Assembly (NCBI GenBank): GCA_012295275.1
Contig: CM022671.1
Span: forward strand, 29,512,001 to 29,576,000
Source: Chrysomallon squamiferum
Taxonomy: Eukaryota; Animalia; Mollusca
Direction: 5' to 3'
Length of the DNA: 64,000 nucleotides
The position numbers and the translations under genes are program-made. Shown one piece after another: positions 41,965 to 64,000 of the stretch. Within the stretch, counting starts at the first letter, position 1. Each line of letters starts with the position of its first letter. The notes under the pieces are model-generated. The model saw only the letters and a program-made list of their open reading frames with translations, made no database searches and was not told the origin of the DNA.

Positions 41965-43928
41965 AACCTGATATTGGATGTCCTTTTTCTTCAGTCCAGT
42001 CCTTTTCTCCACCAGAACTAAAACTTCATTAACAATAGTTTCCTGGAAAACAATTTTTAGTGTTCTCAGATAGTGGCTTTTTTCAAAACTTGCTAAATAC
42101 ATTGAAGATATTCAATGATCGGAATTAGTGTTGTCAGTATGAAATGATAATGAAATTTATACTTAATAAAATGTAATTCATCATTTGGGAATTACATATA
42201 AAATAACAACAACAACAAAAAACATAACATGAAATTTTATTAAATTCACTAGAAGTCTAATGTTTCACTTAATGTTATTCAATCCAAGCAATTATGTACT
42301 GAATGCTAAATGTTCAAGTATCTGCCCTTTGTGAGTGCCTGGTGTCACAACAAGTCCATCATTTTCTCTGTTGTTTCTCCACATTGCTGTCCAAGAGCAG
42401 ACAATCCTGTCAGCAGGTCTGAATGGAAAGTAGTGCAAATCCTGGTGCAAAATACAAGATGTTTTCTTTCCTACAAAACCAAAAAATCTCATTTATCTTT
42501 AAATATCAGTTTATCTTAGATAAAAACAAGAAACAGGAAAGGGTTATATCGAGTTTCTTTAATATTTTATCTATTTATTTATCTTTTTACTTTTTATTAT
42601 TATTATTATCATCATTTATTTGTTCCATTTATTTATGTGTTTGCTGTCATAATAAGGAACACATTTTTACCTGGATCTGGTGACTTGTTGATCAGCATGT
42701 ATGTACAGACAAGATGTTTGGACCAGTGAAACATTCAACATAATCAAAAATCTGTGAAAAAAAACCCACCTGAAATATTACATCTGACACAGGAACTTGA
42801 AACAAAAATCTTAATTCCAATTATTTTACTTGTCTTTTGGTTTCAAACGTTAATGGGAAATATTCTGTAAAAAAAGTATTATTATGAAATTTGTGCACAG
42901 ATCTTCAAAATTATATCCACTTAAATTTTCTAAAATCCTTGATCTGCCCATGAAAGGTGTTACTGCAAATGTACCATAAATATTTGATTTTATTTTAATT
43001 TGATAATATAGTTTTTCCTTTTATTTTTTTTTATCCAAAAATGTATTTATTTGTTTAACCAAAAGATGATATGAAGTTCTATAATCATATAAATAAATAA
43101 TTGTCAGAATGCATTTGTATAACAATAATTATTGATGGATTAAGAATGAGATTTATTCATGTATATCAAAAATACAGTTTATATCAGGAAGAGTGCAGTA
43201 GCTGAATAAAACATCAATAAACTGAAAGTCTTGAAGTTTTTTGTAATAGCATGCTCACTAGGAACAAACTCCAATTTTACTATAGCAATATCTCTCATCA
43301 CAGTCAAACCAGGAACTTCTATTTCCCTTTTACATATATTTTCAAACAAATGCGACCATAAAACCATGTTGATAAAATAATAAGATATTTAGTTCTATTA
43401 CGAATTTCAGTTTAAAAAGAATGGAGGGCTGAACAAAATCTAATTCTAGCTTACTTTTTACATATTTATCAGATTATTTCCAAATACCTATTTTTTTTTA
43501 TATATATTTTTTTTATTCCTTATTTATTTACTTCAAATTTCTAATTTCAGTTTTACAAATATTAATGAATTAGGTTTGGATTTTGTGTGTGTGTGTTTGT
43601 CTTCCTCTATTAATACCTGTTGATGATAACTGTATTTATCCAAATGCTCTTTAGGCACCAAGTTTGTTAACACCAAAACCCCATTATCTTCATAGAACTG
43701 TCTCTGTTCCCAGCTTATTTTGTGTTTGACTAGTGTGTACTTGAACTGCTGTCTGCTGTTATAGGTGTTGAAATTTTCTGACGCAGGACTGAAATTCTAA
43801 ACTGTTCAGGAAATTTTTATTATAAAAAAATATCGAACTGTCAAGCATGAGTGACATGTTTTACAATATAAGTTCATAAGTACATTATTTTGATAAAAGC
43901 TGAAAATTGTGCTAATTCTTTCTGCCAT
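41965..43928 (-). pseudogene. PHYH: Duplicated (unprocessed) PHYH pseudogene
   Basis: PTS2 is lost (MAERISTIFSFY) and the intron-1 U12 donor is missing. There is a frameshift in the AITK/LQDF exon. A deletion fused at ~42310 removes the exon with the distal His and the Arg. The penultimate exon is partly deleted and the last exon is absent. Confidence 0.9.
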
Positions 43929-44027
43929 AATTTAAATCACTTGTCGTCTATTAATATAATCGAAGCATAAGCCAAAAGTTATTATTCCATTGAGCTCAAT
44001 AACATCCAATTTATCAACAGTTGACTT

Positions 44028-44890
44028 TAATTAGTTATGTGCAAGAAAAAAAGAAAATGAACATTTCACTTTCGCGAGATTTTTACCTGATCCTTGCTGG
44101 GCAGTCGCCAGAATGCAAAGCGTCAGCAAAGTCCGATCTTCAAAAATTCCAGTTTGTCCGTCCAATTAAAAAATCTTTTTTAGTTTGATGCCAAAGTACA
44201 CGTATCTTGCTACAACCTCACTTCCGATTTTTTTATTGATCAAGAAGTTTATCAAATTTTTGATGAAAAAATCTTTTTGAAAACGTAAGCAAAGTCATCG
44301 ATCGTTGGAAAAATCTTGGATGAGTCAATCAAAATATGTTTGCCGTATAGATTAACTTCTACAGTGCTTAATCTCAAGAACTTTTGGTTGCGAAATATTG
44401 CAGACGTAACGCAGACCAAAGCCCGCGCTTCGGAGAATTAATAATGACACGTCAGTTCAGACCACGTGACAGGGCGCTTTCTGATTGGGTGAGACCGGTG
44501 TTGACAAATATTGGCGTACGGTAAATTAGTTCGATTAATTAAATAATTTATTTTCATTAATTTTTGCAACTTGTTTAGAAATACATTACAAATTTAAAAC
44601 TCATAAAATGCTTCATTTTGATATATAATAAATATATAGTGGATTGAAGCTCTATGAAGATATTCAGTGTTTATGCTGTAAAATGACAGAAACGGATCAC
44701 ACTTTGTCAGTAGATTCTGAAGAAAAAAATAACTGCAAATTGTATTCCGATACAAATTCGTAACTCTTTTTGAATCAAAGCTAACAAAGCGATCTTGCTA
44801 TCATTTTAAAAGTAATTTTTTTCTATTTCTAATGATGTATAATATTTTAGGAAATTAATAATTTTGAAAGTTTTGTCACATACCTACTTC
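44028..44890. mobile_element. Putative non-autonomous DNA element of ~850 bp, present only in unit B
   Basis: Absent at the paralogous site (~30670-30700). Imperfect inverted ends TAGTTATGTG-CAAGAA / TTTTGTCACATACCTA, with TTAA-like flanks. Confidence 0.4.
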
Positions 44891-46157
44891 AATATCGCGT
44901 CACGTTCCGATTTCGTTTATCAGATAATCATCGTAATTCCAATAATTAGATCAAATTCTAAAATTCTCAGAGAAATAAACTCACTGTAACATAATAAGTA
45001 ATAATGAGTATATAGTATATCTTATGGATGTTGTTTTCAACCCAACAAGTGTAATAATTATTTTCATTTCATCACCAAATTTCGGAAATGTAAGGGTTAC
45101 CTCCCTTTGTTGTTTATTTTGTCATTGAGTTCGCTTTTATATCGCTGTCGATGTGTTAATACTATCTGAACAGTAGACCTGTAGATGTAAATTTTATATG
45201 ACTAAGCAAAAATTGAAAATAATTTCATTGGCATTTTTGATGAGAAAAAAAAAGTAAAGAAAATGCCACATGAAGCATACACATATTGGCCTACATAACA
45301 TCCAGTGTGATTTCTAAAAGCTCAGAATTAATAAACTCGTTTTTAAATAAAAACAAAATAAAATTTTATAGAAAAATGAATGCACTGGAATGCTGTTTCG
45401 CTTTCAGTTAAGCACTGTGTAATTAAATGAAATTTTAAATTAGAATTAATATATATATTTGCGCATAACATTAGATATACATCAAAATATTTATATCATG
45501 TATTAACGTCAAAATTATTTTAATTGTTTTTTTAATTTAATTCGTCTTAATCAACATATTCTGTGATAATCATTTTCTATTTGTTAATTCTTTTATAAAT
45601 TTATTAATCATTTATTAAGTTATATGTATTATAAGTATATTTCTGAAATAAAATTATAGCATACAGATGTAGATTTAAGAATTTCGTTGTATTTTAAACT
45701 TTTTGGCTTACTAAAATATATTTTCATATAATTGTGAGTGTCAGATTGGAAATAAATATGCTTTTATGTATTTTCCTCGGTGATTTTTTTGCACATGTGG
45801 TGTGTTATTTATTGTCCATGTATATTATTTCACCAAATAAATTCAGTTCAGTTCAATAAAGACTTTTTACAAATTATTATTATTGCATGGTCAGTCTTGT
45901 ACAACAAACAGATCTGTTTAATTAAACCGCGTTCATAAAATTCAATTAAATACGGTATATCCTGAAATATAAAAAACAACTGTCAGAAACTGATTTGTAT
46001 TCACTAAACGTCACCATCCAGTGATCAGCTGGATGTTTACTTATTTCAATGGATAGTGAGAACATCTGTTTCGGTAATTTTTAACGGAAAATAGAAATAT
46101 ACTGAATAGAAATGGCTGTTCTCCTAATCTGTGTTGGAAAACATAACATTTTGGAAA

Positions 46158-49100
46158 ATGTATGAGCAGCTCAAAATATCAGATTACTCAGAAGGTAAAA
46201 ATAATAATTTACATTTTTATGAAACTTTTCAACCGTATGTTTAAAATGTCACCATGGAACATTTGGTACAAAAGAATCGTAAATGTATATCCATTTACTT
46301 GTTGAAGTGACAACATAATATAGAGCTGCATAATTATACACGTGCATTATCTGCCTTCGGAATTTATGCTCTTTCCTGTAATTGATATTACTATCAAAAA
46401 AGATCAAAAAGAAATATTATTATCTTACAATCAAAATAATCGTCAAAAATGTTAGATCAACATCATCATTATAATTACTATTATTTTTAATAATAATAAT
46501 AATAATAACAAAAACAACAACAGCAGCAATAATAAAAATAATTGTCAGTGTTATAATTATTGTTATTATAGCTACTATTATTATATTACAGTTATTATTA
46601 TTATAGTTTGATAATAGTAGTAATGATTGTTGTTAATATTGTCGTTTCATATTTTATTTATTTATTTATTTATTTATTCTAAAAATATCCTACACATGAA
46701 ATTGTTTCGATAGAATTTTTTTTTTTTTTTTTTTTTTTTTTATCAAAAGCACCACCAACGACAAAATGGACAAGAGCAAGAAATTTGATAGGATTCTGGT
46801 TTGTATAAAAATAAAAATTTCCTTAATTTAGATGATATATCAATTCTTAACCAACACACTTTAATTACTATAAACGTGCAATTTATTATCCATAATATAT
46901 TTAAAAGGAAAAAATAAAATAAAATAAAGTACATAAAGATTTAATAACATTTTATTTCTGAAACAACGAGCTTTTCATTTGCTAAGCAGTAAACGGGTAG
47001 GCTACTGTTACGTCACAAATATATTGTTCTAACACACAAGCTTCACACTGACTTAAGTATTCCTTTAAAGTAATAATTTTGTTCCTTTGATGATACGAAA
47101 AAACAGTCTAAATAATATATTTTGCATATTTACAAGTTGTTTATTTGTTGTTTTTTGCGGGGGTTGTTGTTGTTTTTTCGTCCGGGCATATTTAATAATA
47201 TGTAGAACAGCAAAAGAGCGCAATTTTAAAAAATTTGTTTCCGCCATTTGCCATTAATAGTGACGTCATCGCGCAGAGGACGAAATGATCTGATGCAAAG
47301 GTTCGACTAGCGCAGTCATGGGCAAACCGCGGCTTTCTGAGTGGCCCACCTAATTTCACAAGGAAAATAACGTTAATTCAAATTTTATAAAACGAGTCTA
47401 TTTTGTATCTACAAATATACTAAAACACATGTAATTTTTGAATTATAACAGTTCCTGAAGTGAACGAATGGAAAAATTTCTGAAAATAAACTACGTAAAA
47501 ACACAAAATCGCCTAAATTAGTACCCGCCTGAGAATGAGCCACGTCTCATGTGGCCCTTGCCTAGTCTAGCGTTAGACAAAATAAAATTATCAGTCCGCT
47601 GCAAACGTGATGACGTCATGTCTATCAAAGAGGCCTTCAGATGTTTGTAATTGTATTTTTTTATGATCATACTTTGTTATCAACGATGATAGGTTATCCA
47701 AAATAATAATATAATAACAAGGAAGAATAAAAAATTCTGTTAGACCATTTCTTCGTACCGCCACAGATACATTTTAAAATGTGGTTTGTTTTACGGCAGG
47801 CTCTTAGGGCTGTGCAACAACTTTGCTTACGTCGTAATGCTCAGTGCCGCGCACGACATTCTCACAGAAGAACAAATGAAAGCGAACGGTACCAATATCA
47901 CGGTAAAGTTTTGGCTTTATCAATACTGAAAGTCGTGTGTATGAGTATAATATTACTGTTCAGTTATAGAATATCATTATACAAATAAATGTAAAGTATT
48001 TAAAGAATAACTTAATTAACTAGTTCATAATGGTTTGCTTTTATCAAGAGACTAACACACACACACACTCGCAAACACACACATTATGAAAAGAATAAAA
48101 ATAAAATTAATGAATTAAAACAATAAATAGGTAAATAAATAAATAACACTCTATTTCAAAAAAGCAATCATATTTTTAAGTGTAAATCATCCTGACACTA
48201 ATATAATATTTCTTTAATAAGGAAAAACACATCAGTATAACATTTGTTTTTGTTATATTGTTTTATTAGACAACAACAACGGCCATCGCGATCACAACAC
48301 CAGCAACGCCACAAGTAACACCTGAAAATAAGGTACAATAATAAAAATACCTGTGGACTTAACGTTTTTCTTATTTTGTCTGAGTGTGTGTGTGTTTGAT
48401 GTGCGTTTAGGATGGAGAATACTATCAGAATCTGGCGATGTAATAATATATGGTTCAAACAATATATGCAGTTTTATATGATGTCTTTTCAAACATTGCT
48501 CATGAAAGTTTTCTTTTTATTTGTTGAAAGACTGTCGTTTATTTGGAGTGTAACAAAATTGGAACAGGGGTAAGTATTCTATTAAAAATACATTTGTATT
48601 CTAATTTTTATTATTATTTTTTTAAGTAAAATAATTAATAAAATGAGCAAGTATTGCTGGCTAAAATACATATTCTTTAAATGTTTACGAAGATATGATT
48701 TAACAAAATCACAAATTCATGAAAGAACCCTCTACAAATCAATAACTTATTTTGAAATGAACTATATTTATGAAATTAAATCGAAATTTGTGCTTAAAAT
48801 TAGAAATTAAAATAATAATAATAATAATAAAACGACTGATGTTTTTGTCTTTGTCTGTAGGCGATATTACTGGCAGATATTCTTCCAACACTGTTAATTA
48901 AACTGACAGCTCCCTGGTACTTGCAGAAAATTAAATACTGGTGAGTTTTTCATTATTAAAGAAAAAAATATTAATAAAATATTAATAAAAATAATAAAAG
49001 ATAAATAGTGAACAAATTGACAATAACTGATTTTCTTAAATATCATTTATTGTTCGTTAATTAATGAATATTAATATTTACTTCGGTTAAAGAATATTAA

Positions 49101-50496
49101 TATTTATGTTAATGAAAATGTTTCAGGATCAAAGTTACTCTGGTTGTAACGTTTGCTCTCGCAAGTTTTCTTATTGTTGGTCTGTCAGAAGTCGTCTGGG
49201 CAAATATATCTGGTAAGTGTAATTTAATACACAATTATTTCCCGTTGCAGCCAATGTCTCAAGTCTCAGAAATCGGTAGAATTCCTCGAATGAAGCCTGT
49301 TTTATTATAGACGTACAAAGCGGACTGCCTTTTCTGTTACAGAATATCTGTTACTTGCACAGTCGTCTTGATCTTTGAGTTATTTGAAAGATATTATTTT
49401 ATTGTTTTTCTTCAATATACTCTTTGGTTTCGTTATATAACAGTCCCTTTTCTTTAAAATAACGGTCAACGTCCTGCGTCAGTCATAAATACAGCCTCGT
49501 TTCGGACCTTTCGTTTGAACAGGTTCGTTTCGAGAATTACTATGCTGTTGATACACATTAATTTTTTATTGGGTTTTTGTAGGGTTTTTAAACCTTCGGA
49601 ATAAAATTATGAAAAACACATTTAATTTAGTTATAAATAATTAATCTTGTTAATATTTAACAGGTGTGGTTTGTGCGAGCATAAGTGCTGGGGTTGGAGA
49701 AATAACATTTCTCAGTTTGTCAACTTTTTATAACAGGTAAGCTGCAAGTTCATTTTCTTGTCTTAGATTAGTCTGCAGATAAAAAACAAGTTATTAGTTT
49801 TCAAAATGAAAGAAACAAAATAAAAAAATGATTTAAAAACGATGAAACTATTTTGCAAAAAAACAACAACAAAAAACAACTAAATAAAAAAAAAAAATAA
49901 AAAAAAACATATATTGTTCATTACCTTTCCTTTATTAAAAACTGTGAAGTGTATGTAAATCGAGCCACATCATGCAGTTAATGCGGGTTTGAAAAAACAA
50001 AGTAAACAACAAAAAACCAAAAACACTTATTATTATTATCTGCAGTTCATTACCTTTCCTATACTGAAAACAGTAAAGTGTATGTAAATCGAGCCACATT
50101 ATACAGTTGATGCGATATTCGGTTGAGCTGTGCAGAATTAAAGCGATATTCTATTAATTCACACATAATTGTAGTCAAATGTAGCGAACAACACCAACTA
50201 AACATTTGGAGTAGAGATTTTTTGCCTTTTTTAAAATTATTTAATATATTAATATATAACGTTTCAGAGATGTCGTGTCCACGTGGTCATCTGGAACAGG
50301 TGGCGCTGGTATTCTCGGAGCACTGGCATACGCCGCAATCACCACCGTTGTGTCACCCCGTACGACGTTGTATATATTTACTGTGATCCCGGTTATTATG
50401 GGCTTCAGGTGGGTATATGTTTAAAAAATAAACCACACGTCTGAAAAAAAAAAAATATATATATATATATATATATTTGCACACAAAAATGATTAT

Positions 50497-50531
<35 letters not shown>

Positions 50532-52337
50532 CTTCTTCTTCTTCTTCTTATTATTGTTGTTTATTATAGTCCTTGTCATTGTCGTTGTAAGTATTTAATA
50601 CATTTCATTTAATTATTATATCTTTCAGCTATTTTGTTTTGATCACAAGTTATGAAAAAACAGAAGGTATAACCTCAGCTAAAAGCGACCAGTCAATGCT
50701 TATCGAAAAAGGTAATTATTCAAATACAACAATTTCTGACGAAAATAGTTAAAATATTTTATGTGTTTTTAAAGTTTGCCATATAATTATATAAAATAAT
50801 TAAACTCATTTTGGTTTCAGACCTAAAATAAAATTATTATTATTATTATTATTATTTTTTTTTTTTTTTCAGAGCTGAAACTGTTACAAAAATTAAAACT
50901 GGTTAAGGTATGTATGTGTAAGTTTTGTATTTAGATAGAGAATTACATGCATGCATGCATCCATACACACGTACACTCACACAACTACATATATACATAG
51001 ATTCATACATATATACACACACTCACACAAACATATATACATAAGCATTCTTACACACGTACATCCACACACATCATTACTTTTACTTGTTGTTTGTTCT
51101 GTTTACAAAGTTTAATATTCTTCAGCCGCTTTTGAAGTATATGATTCCACTGAGCACGGTGTATTTCTCAGAATACTTTATTAACCAGGGTTTGGTAAGT
51201 ATGTTTCTAACTCCACTAGACTCATATATTATGGATGATATTTAGGTCAGTAATCATAGACAAAATATCCCTTTATAAATGTTTTCGATAAATGTGTGTG
51301 TGTTTAGCGGTGTCAAATCTAAGATAATATATTTTAAATATGAAATCGGAAGTTTCTTCTAATTATATTACATTATTTTACATTACATTGCATTGTACTG
51401 TTCTGTACTTTATTGTATTACATTACATTAGGTTACATACTGTATTTTTTTATATATATATATATATATATTATTATTATGTCATTATTATTACATGGTA
51501 TCTATCATTGTCTTTTTCAGCATGAACTGCTATACACCAATAACATCTGGATGACAAAAGCTGAACAATATCGATGGTATTTTTAAATTTTAATTTTTAC
51601 AGTTTTATATATTATTTTATTTTATTTTTTTAACTTTCATTCCTAGTTCTCCGTTTTAGCGTTATATGCTTTTTGAGCAAATTCCACCACGAATAATTTA
51701 CTGGGATTACATCTCTGATATCCATTTTAATATTAATTTGTATTACAAAATTATACATCCTTTATTTCCATGATCAGCTATAATATGCTGAGGGTGGTAG
51801 AAAGTGCTTGTTCTCGAGGGGGGGTGGGGTGTGGATGTTGAATGTTTTCTGTGGGACCCTTCTTAGCTCTTGGGCCCCGGAACAAAGTATCGGCTTGACT
51901 GCCCCCTCATGGGCCAAGATAATGGATGATAAATGATCTGCGACCATAATTTCTTAGTAAATCGTTGTTTATACAAAATATTTTATATTTTTTAGGTATC
52001 AAGTGGATTATCACATTGGCGTATTTTTATCTAGATCATCAGTAATCTGTTTCCAAATAAGGAAATTATGGATACTTCCTATTTTGCAGGCAGTGTGATA
52101 AACTACTTATATCCAGTGCAAAAATAGCTTTAACTAACATATATCTATCTGACAGATACGATATAAATAATAATACGACAAAATACAGTTTAAAAATTTT
52201 GTTCGTTTTGAAGATTTGTAAAGTCGATTTTTGATTTTTTTTTTTTTTTTCATTCTCTTAAATATGAAATTTTTAGTGAATTTTAAAGGTGCAACGAACT
52301 AATATCGGCATGTTCATATGACATATTAAATGAAAAT

Positions 52338-52373
<36 letters not shown>

Positions 52374-53064
52374 TTTTAAACAGCTGGCTGTTCTGGTTAT
52401 TCTACTTACACAAGTCTATTTTCGTTACATACCAAACATCTGGATTATCTTCGCGATAATCCTGTTTGAAGGACTACTAGGTGGCGCTGCCTATGTATGT
52501 TCTACCAAATGTCAAAGGAGGTAAACTAAATTATTAGCATTGACTATTGCTGTCACGTTGTTTTTATTACTTTTAATGAGGAAAAAATTAATGAATAAAT
52601 AAAAGTAAATAAATAAATAAATAAAAATACATCACAATCATTTTCTGTCACTGTGGTATATATATTTAAACAACAAAAACAGCAACAACAATAATTCATT
52701 AAGACAGGACTGGTTTTCAAACGTCATTGTATATGCTTTCCTGCAGAACCATAGGAAAATACTTTGCTGCTGTAATAAAGTGGTAGTAGTGGATTTCTTC
52801 TCATACAGTTACACAGAGAAACGCTTACTGAAATCTAATATAAGATGTTCCTAAATACTGATATTATTATTGCATGCATCATCATCATCATCATCATCAT
52901 CATCATTATTATTATTATTATTATTATTATTTTAGATACCGTCAAAACACAGAGAGTTTAGTCTTGGTGTAGCAACATTGGGTGATGCTATTGGAATATC
53001 TCTTGCAGGCGCCGTGGCTATACCATCTCATAATCATCTGTGTGACCTTCACCTTACCATGTAG
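46158..53064 (+). CDS. CLN3: Battenin (CLN3) copy 2: either a pseudogene or rescued by shifted splice sites
   Basis: Internal exons are nearly identical to copy 1. It lacks the 32713 exon but keeps the 37-nt ATG exon (46158-46194). Lesions: AG>AA acceptor at ~46746, GT>GC donor at 52090 and a 4-nt deletion at ~52497. Confidence 0.6.
47180..47575. mobile_element. Unit-B-specific intronic insertion with a hAT-like end
   Basis: Absent from the copy-1 intron (~34870). Contains CAGTCATGGGCAAACCGCGGC...GTGGCCC, resembling non-autonomous hAT termini. Confidence 0.35.
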
Positions 53065-53298
53065 TGTCTGGGTCAACATACATTTTCTAGTTTTGTGTAA
53101 CAGTGATTCGCTTGCTTTATCAAAACAACTGTCTCAACAACATGCGTTAGAAAAATAAAAATAAAAATAAATAAATAAATAAATAAGTTCAAAAATTATT
53201 ATTTTTTATTTATTTCATAAAATTAATAATTTTTATACTAACTTAACTGCATATAACTGAAAAAAAAAACGATGAAAATATCAGATAAGTTTTTGAGA

Positions 53299-53389
<91 letters not shown>

Positions 53390-54771
53390 TTTACTTGAGA
53401 AAATACTTGATTTTCACTGGCTGATTAGTCAAAACAATTTATGATGAACCATTTATGATTTTCATTTGCTGCATCTGATTTAAGCAGTCTAATTTACTTG
53501 CCTGTGAATAATATTCATTATTTATAAAATGAAGCAGACGTCTATAAACTTATTATTTAATATAAAATGGTATTTGTCTACAATAACACAATTATCACTG
53601 TTACGAAGTTATTTATTTTATTTTATTTTATTTACTGTTATTATTATTATTTATTTAGTATTCGGTCAATTAAATCCTAAACAAAAAAAAACAAACAAAA
53701 AAAACATAAAAAAGTGGGCAGTTGTACTAAATCCGGTACATAGCCTCGCGATAGACAACACTCCCTCCATGTCCCTCGCACACACAGCTTGGCACACAAT
53801 GGTAAATGGTAAATATATATTTGGGGGATATATATATATATAATATACACGACTCTTTGCCGTATGGACACGTTCCGATACTCATCAATCCATCCCTAGC
53901 TATGGGTAACTAGAACGTGCAAATAAAGGATGCAAGTCACACAAAACAGTCTGTCTAAGAAGACTAGTACTAACGGAACTGATATTCAACCAATCTAGGA
54001 GAAGGTATACTCTGACCACAAAATAACCCGGATAGATAGCATCCGATAGTCTTGGTTAAGAAAGAAAACTCAGATATAACACTCGTCAAGCAAATGACAA
54101 GTAACATGACAAAAACTCCTTCGAAGACGGAATGTGTTGACTGAAATGCATTTTTTAAACCTTCTTGAAGAAAATCGAGCACATAGGCAACTACCCAAAA
54201 TTTCTGGAGAGAACAGGACTGGAAGTCTGAGCTAGGTTTTGCGAATTCAGACTAGAGTTGTGTCCCTTCAATCAAGACTATTAAAATTTAGAATGGAATT
54301 ATTACGACTATTTTTTGTTTTTGTTTTCTGTTTGTCTTTTGAAGATTTTTTTTTTTTCTATTAAGATTCAGTCAAAATATGGTTAAAATGATCGGTGTAA
54401 TTACAATTATGTAAGATACTAGAAAATTGGTTATTTTCTACATAATTAACTCCAAATGAAAATAGTATTACTCTGCGTTCAGATCTTTTTATTATTTGTA
54501 TCGGTGATTGCATCAGTAATAGGAATAATGATAGGAAGAGTAAAAGTAGATATAGTGATAGTGGTAATGGTAGTAATAATAGTTGTAGTAGAAGTCGTAG
54601 TAGTGAAATTAAATATATTTCTCTATATGTCTGGATGAATTAAATATATATGTAAAATGTCAGCATTTTCCTTTATTTTTATTCATTTTCATTGGTAATG
54701 TGAGAATTTGAACGTCCTTTAATTATGTAGTGCGCACGTCAAAGGTAGAATTTTTCGAGGACTATCAAAAA

Positions 54772-63878
<9,107 letters not shown>

Positions 63879-64000
63879 TCCCTGTCTCTGAGCTTATCTC
63901 CCAGGCTGCAGACATATTAATTAACACTCAGTAGAGTTGGGGCATTGTTAAACATTTATTCATTCCTTTACTACAGAAAAATGTATCTCACATTTTACTA

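Larger units (their letters stand above)
41789..53765. repeat. Tandem segmental duplication, unit B (PHYH pseudogene + CLN3 copy 2)
   Basis: Collinear with 26628-41770, with several internal deletions and copy-specific insertions. Confidence 0.9.

Noticed and set aside
54731-54741. TGCGCACGTCA (MRE/CRE-like) just upstream of the TXNRD2 ATG
   Set aside because: A short single motif that cannot be distinguished from chance without conservation data.
63879-64000. SECIS element for TXNRD2
   Set aside because: No ATGA...AA...GA core is visible in the available 122 nt. It probably lies beyond the window, so I do not call it.

Overview
AT-rich, intron- and microsatellite-rich animal genomic DNA; a mollusc or other lophotrochozoan is my inference. 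In order, the window holds: an intronless class A GPCR (+); a head-to-head pair of 4-domain chitobiase-type GH20 beta-N-acetylhexosaminidases, where the minus copy has a signal peptide, a GPI-like tail and two apparent frameshifts and the plus copy looks leaderless; PHYH (-) with a PTS2 signal and a U12-type first intron; CLN3/battenin (+); a tandem duplicate of the PHYH-CLN3 block in which PHYH is destroyed but CLN3 may remain translatable; and a complete 17-exon mitochondrial thioredoxin reductase (TXNRD2). The most striking signal is the TXNRD2 C-terminus, ACC-TGA-TGC-TGA-GGT-TAA. This would encode Sec-Cys-Sec-Gly instead of the canonical Gly-Cys-Sec-Gly. It could be a two-selenocysteine redox tail, a null allele or an assembly error, and it needs read/RNA confirmation. 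All exon boundaries were read by eye.
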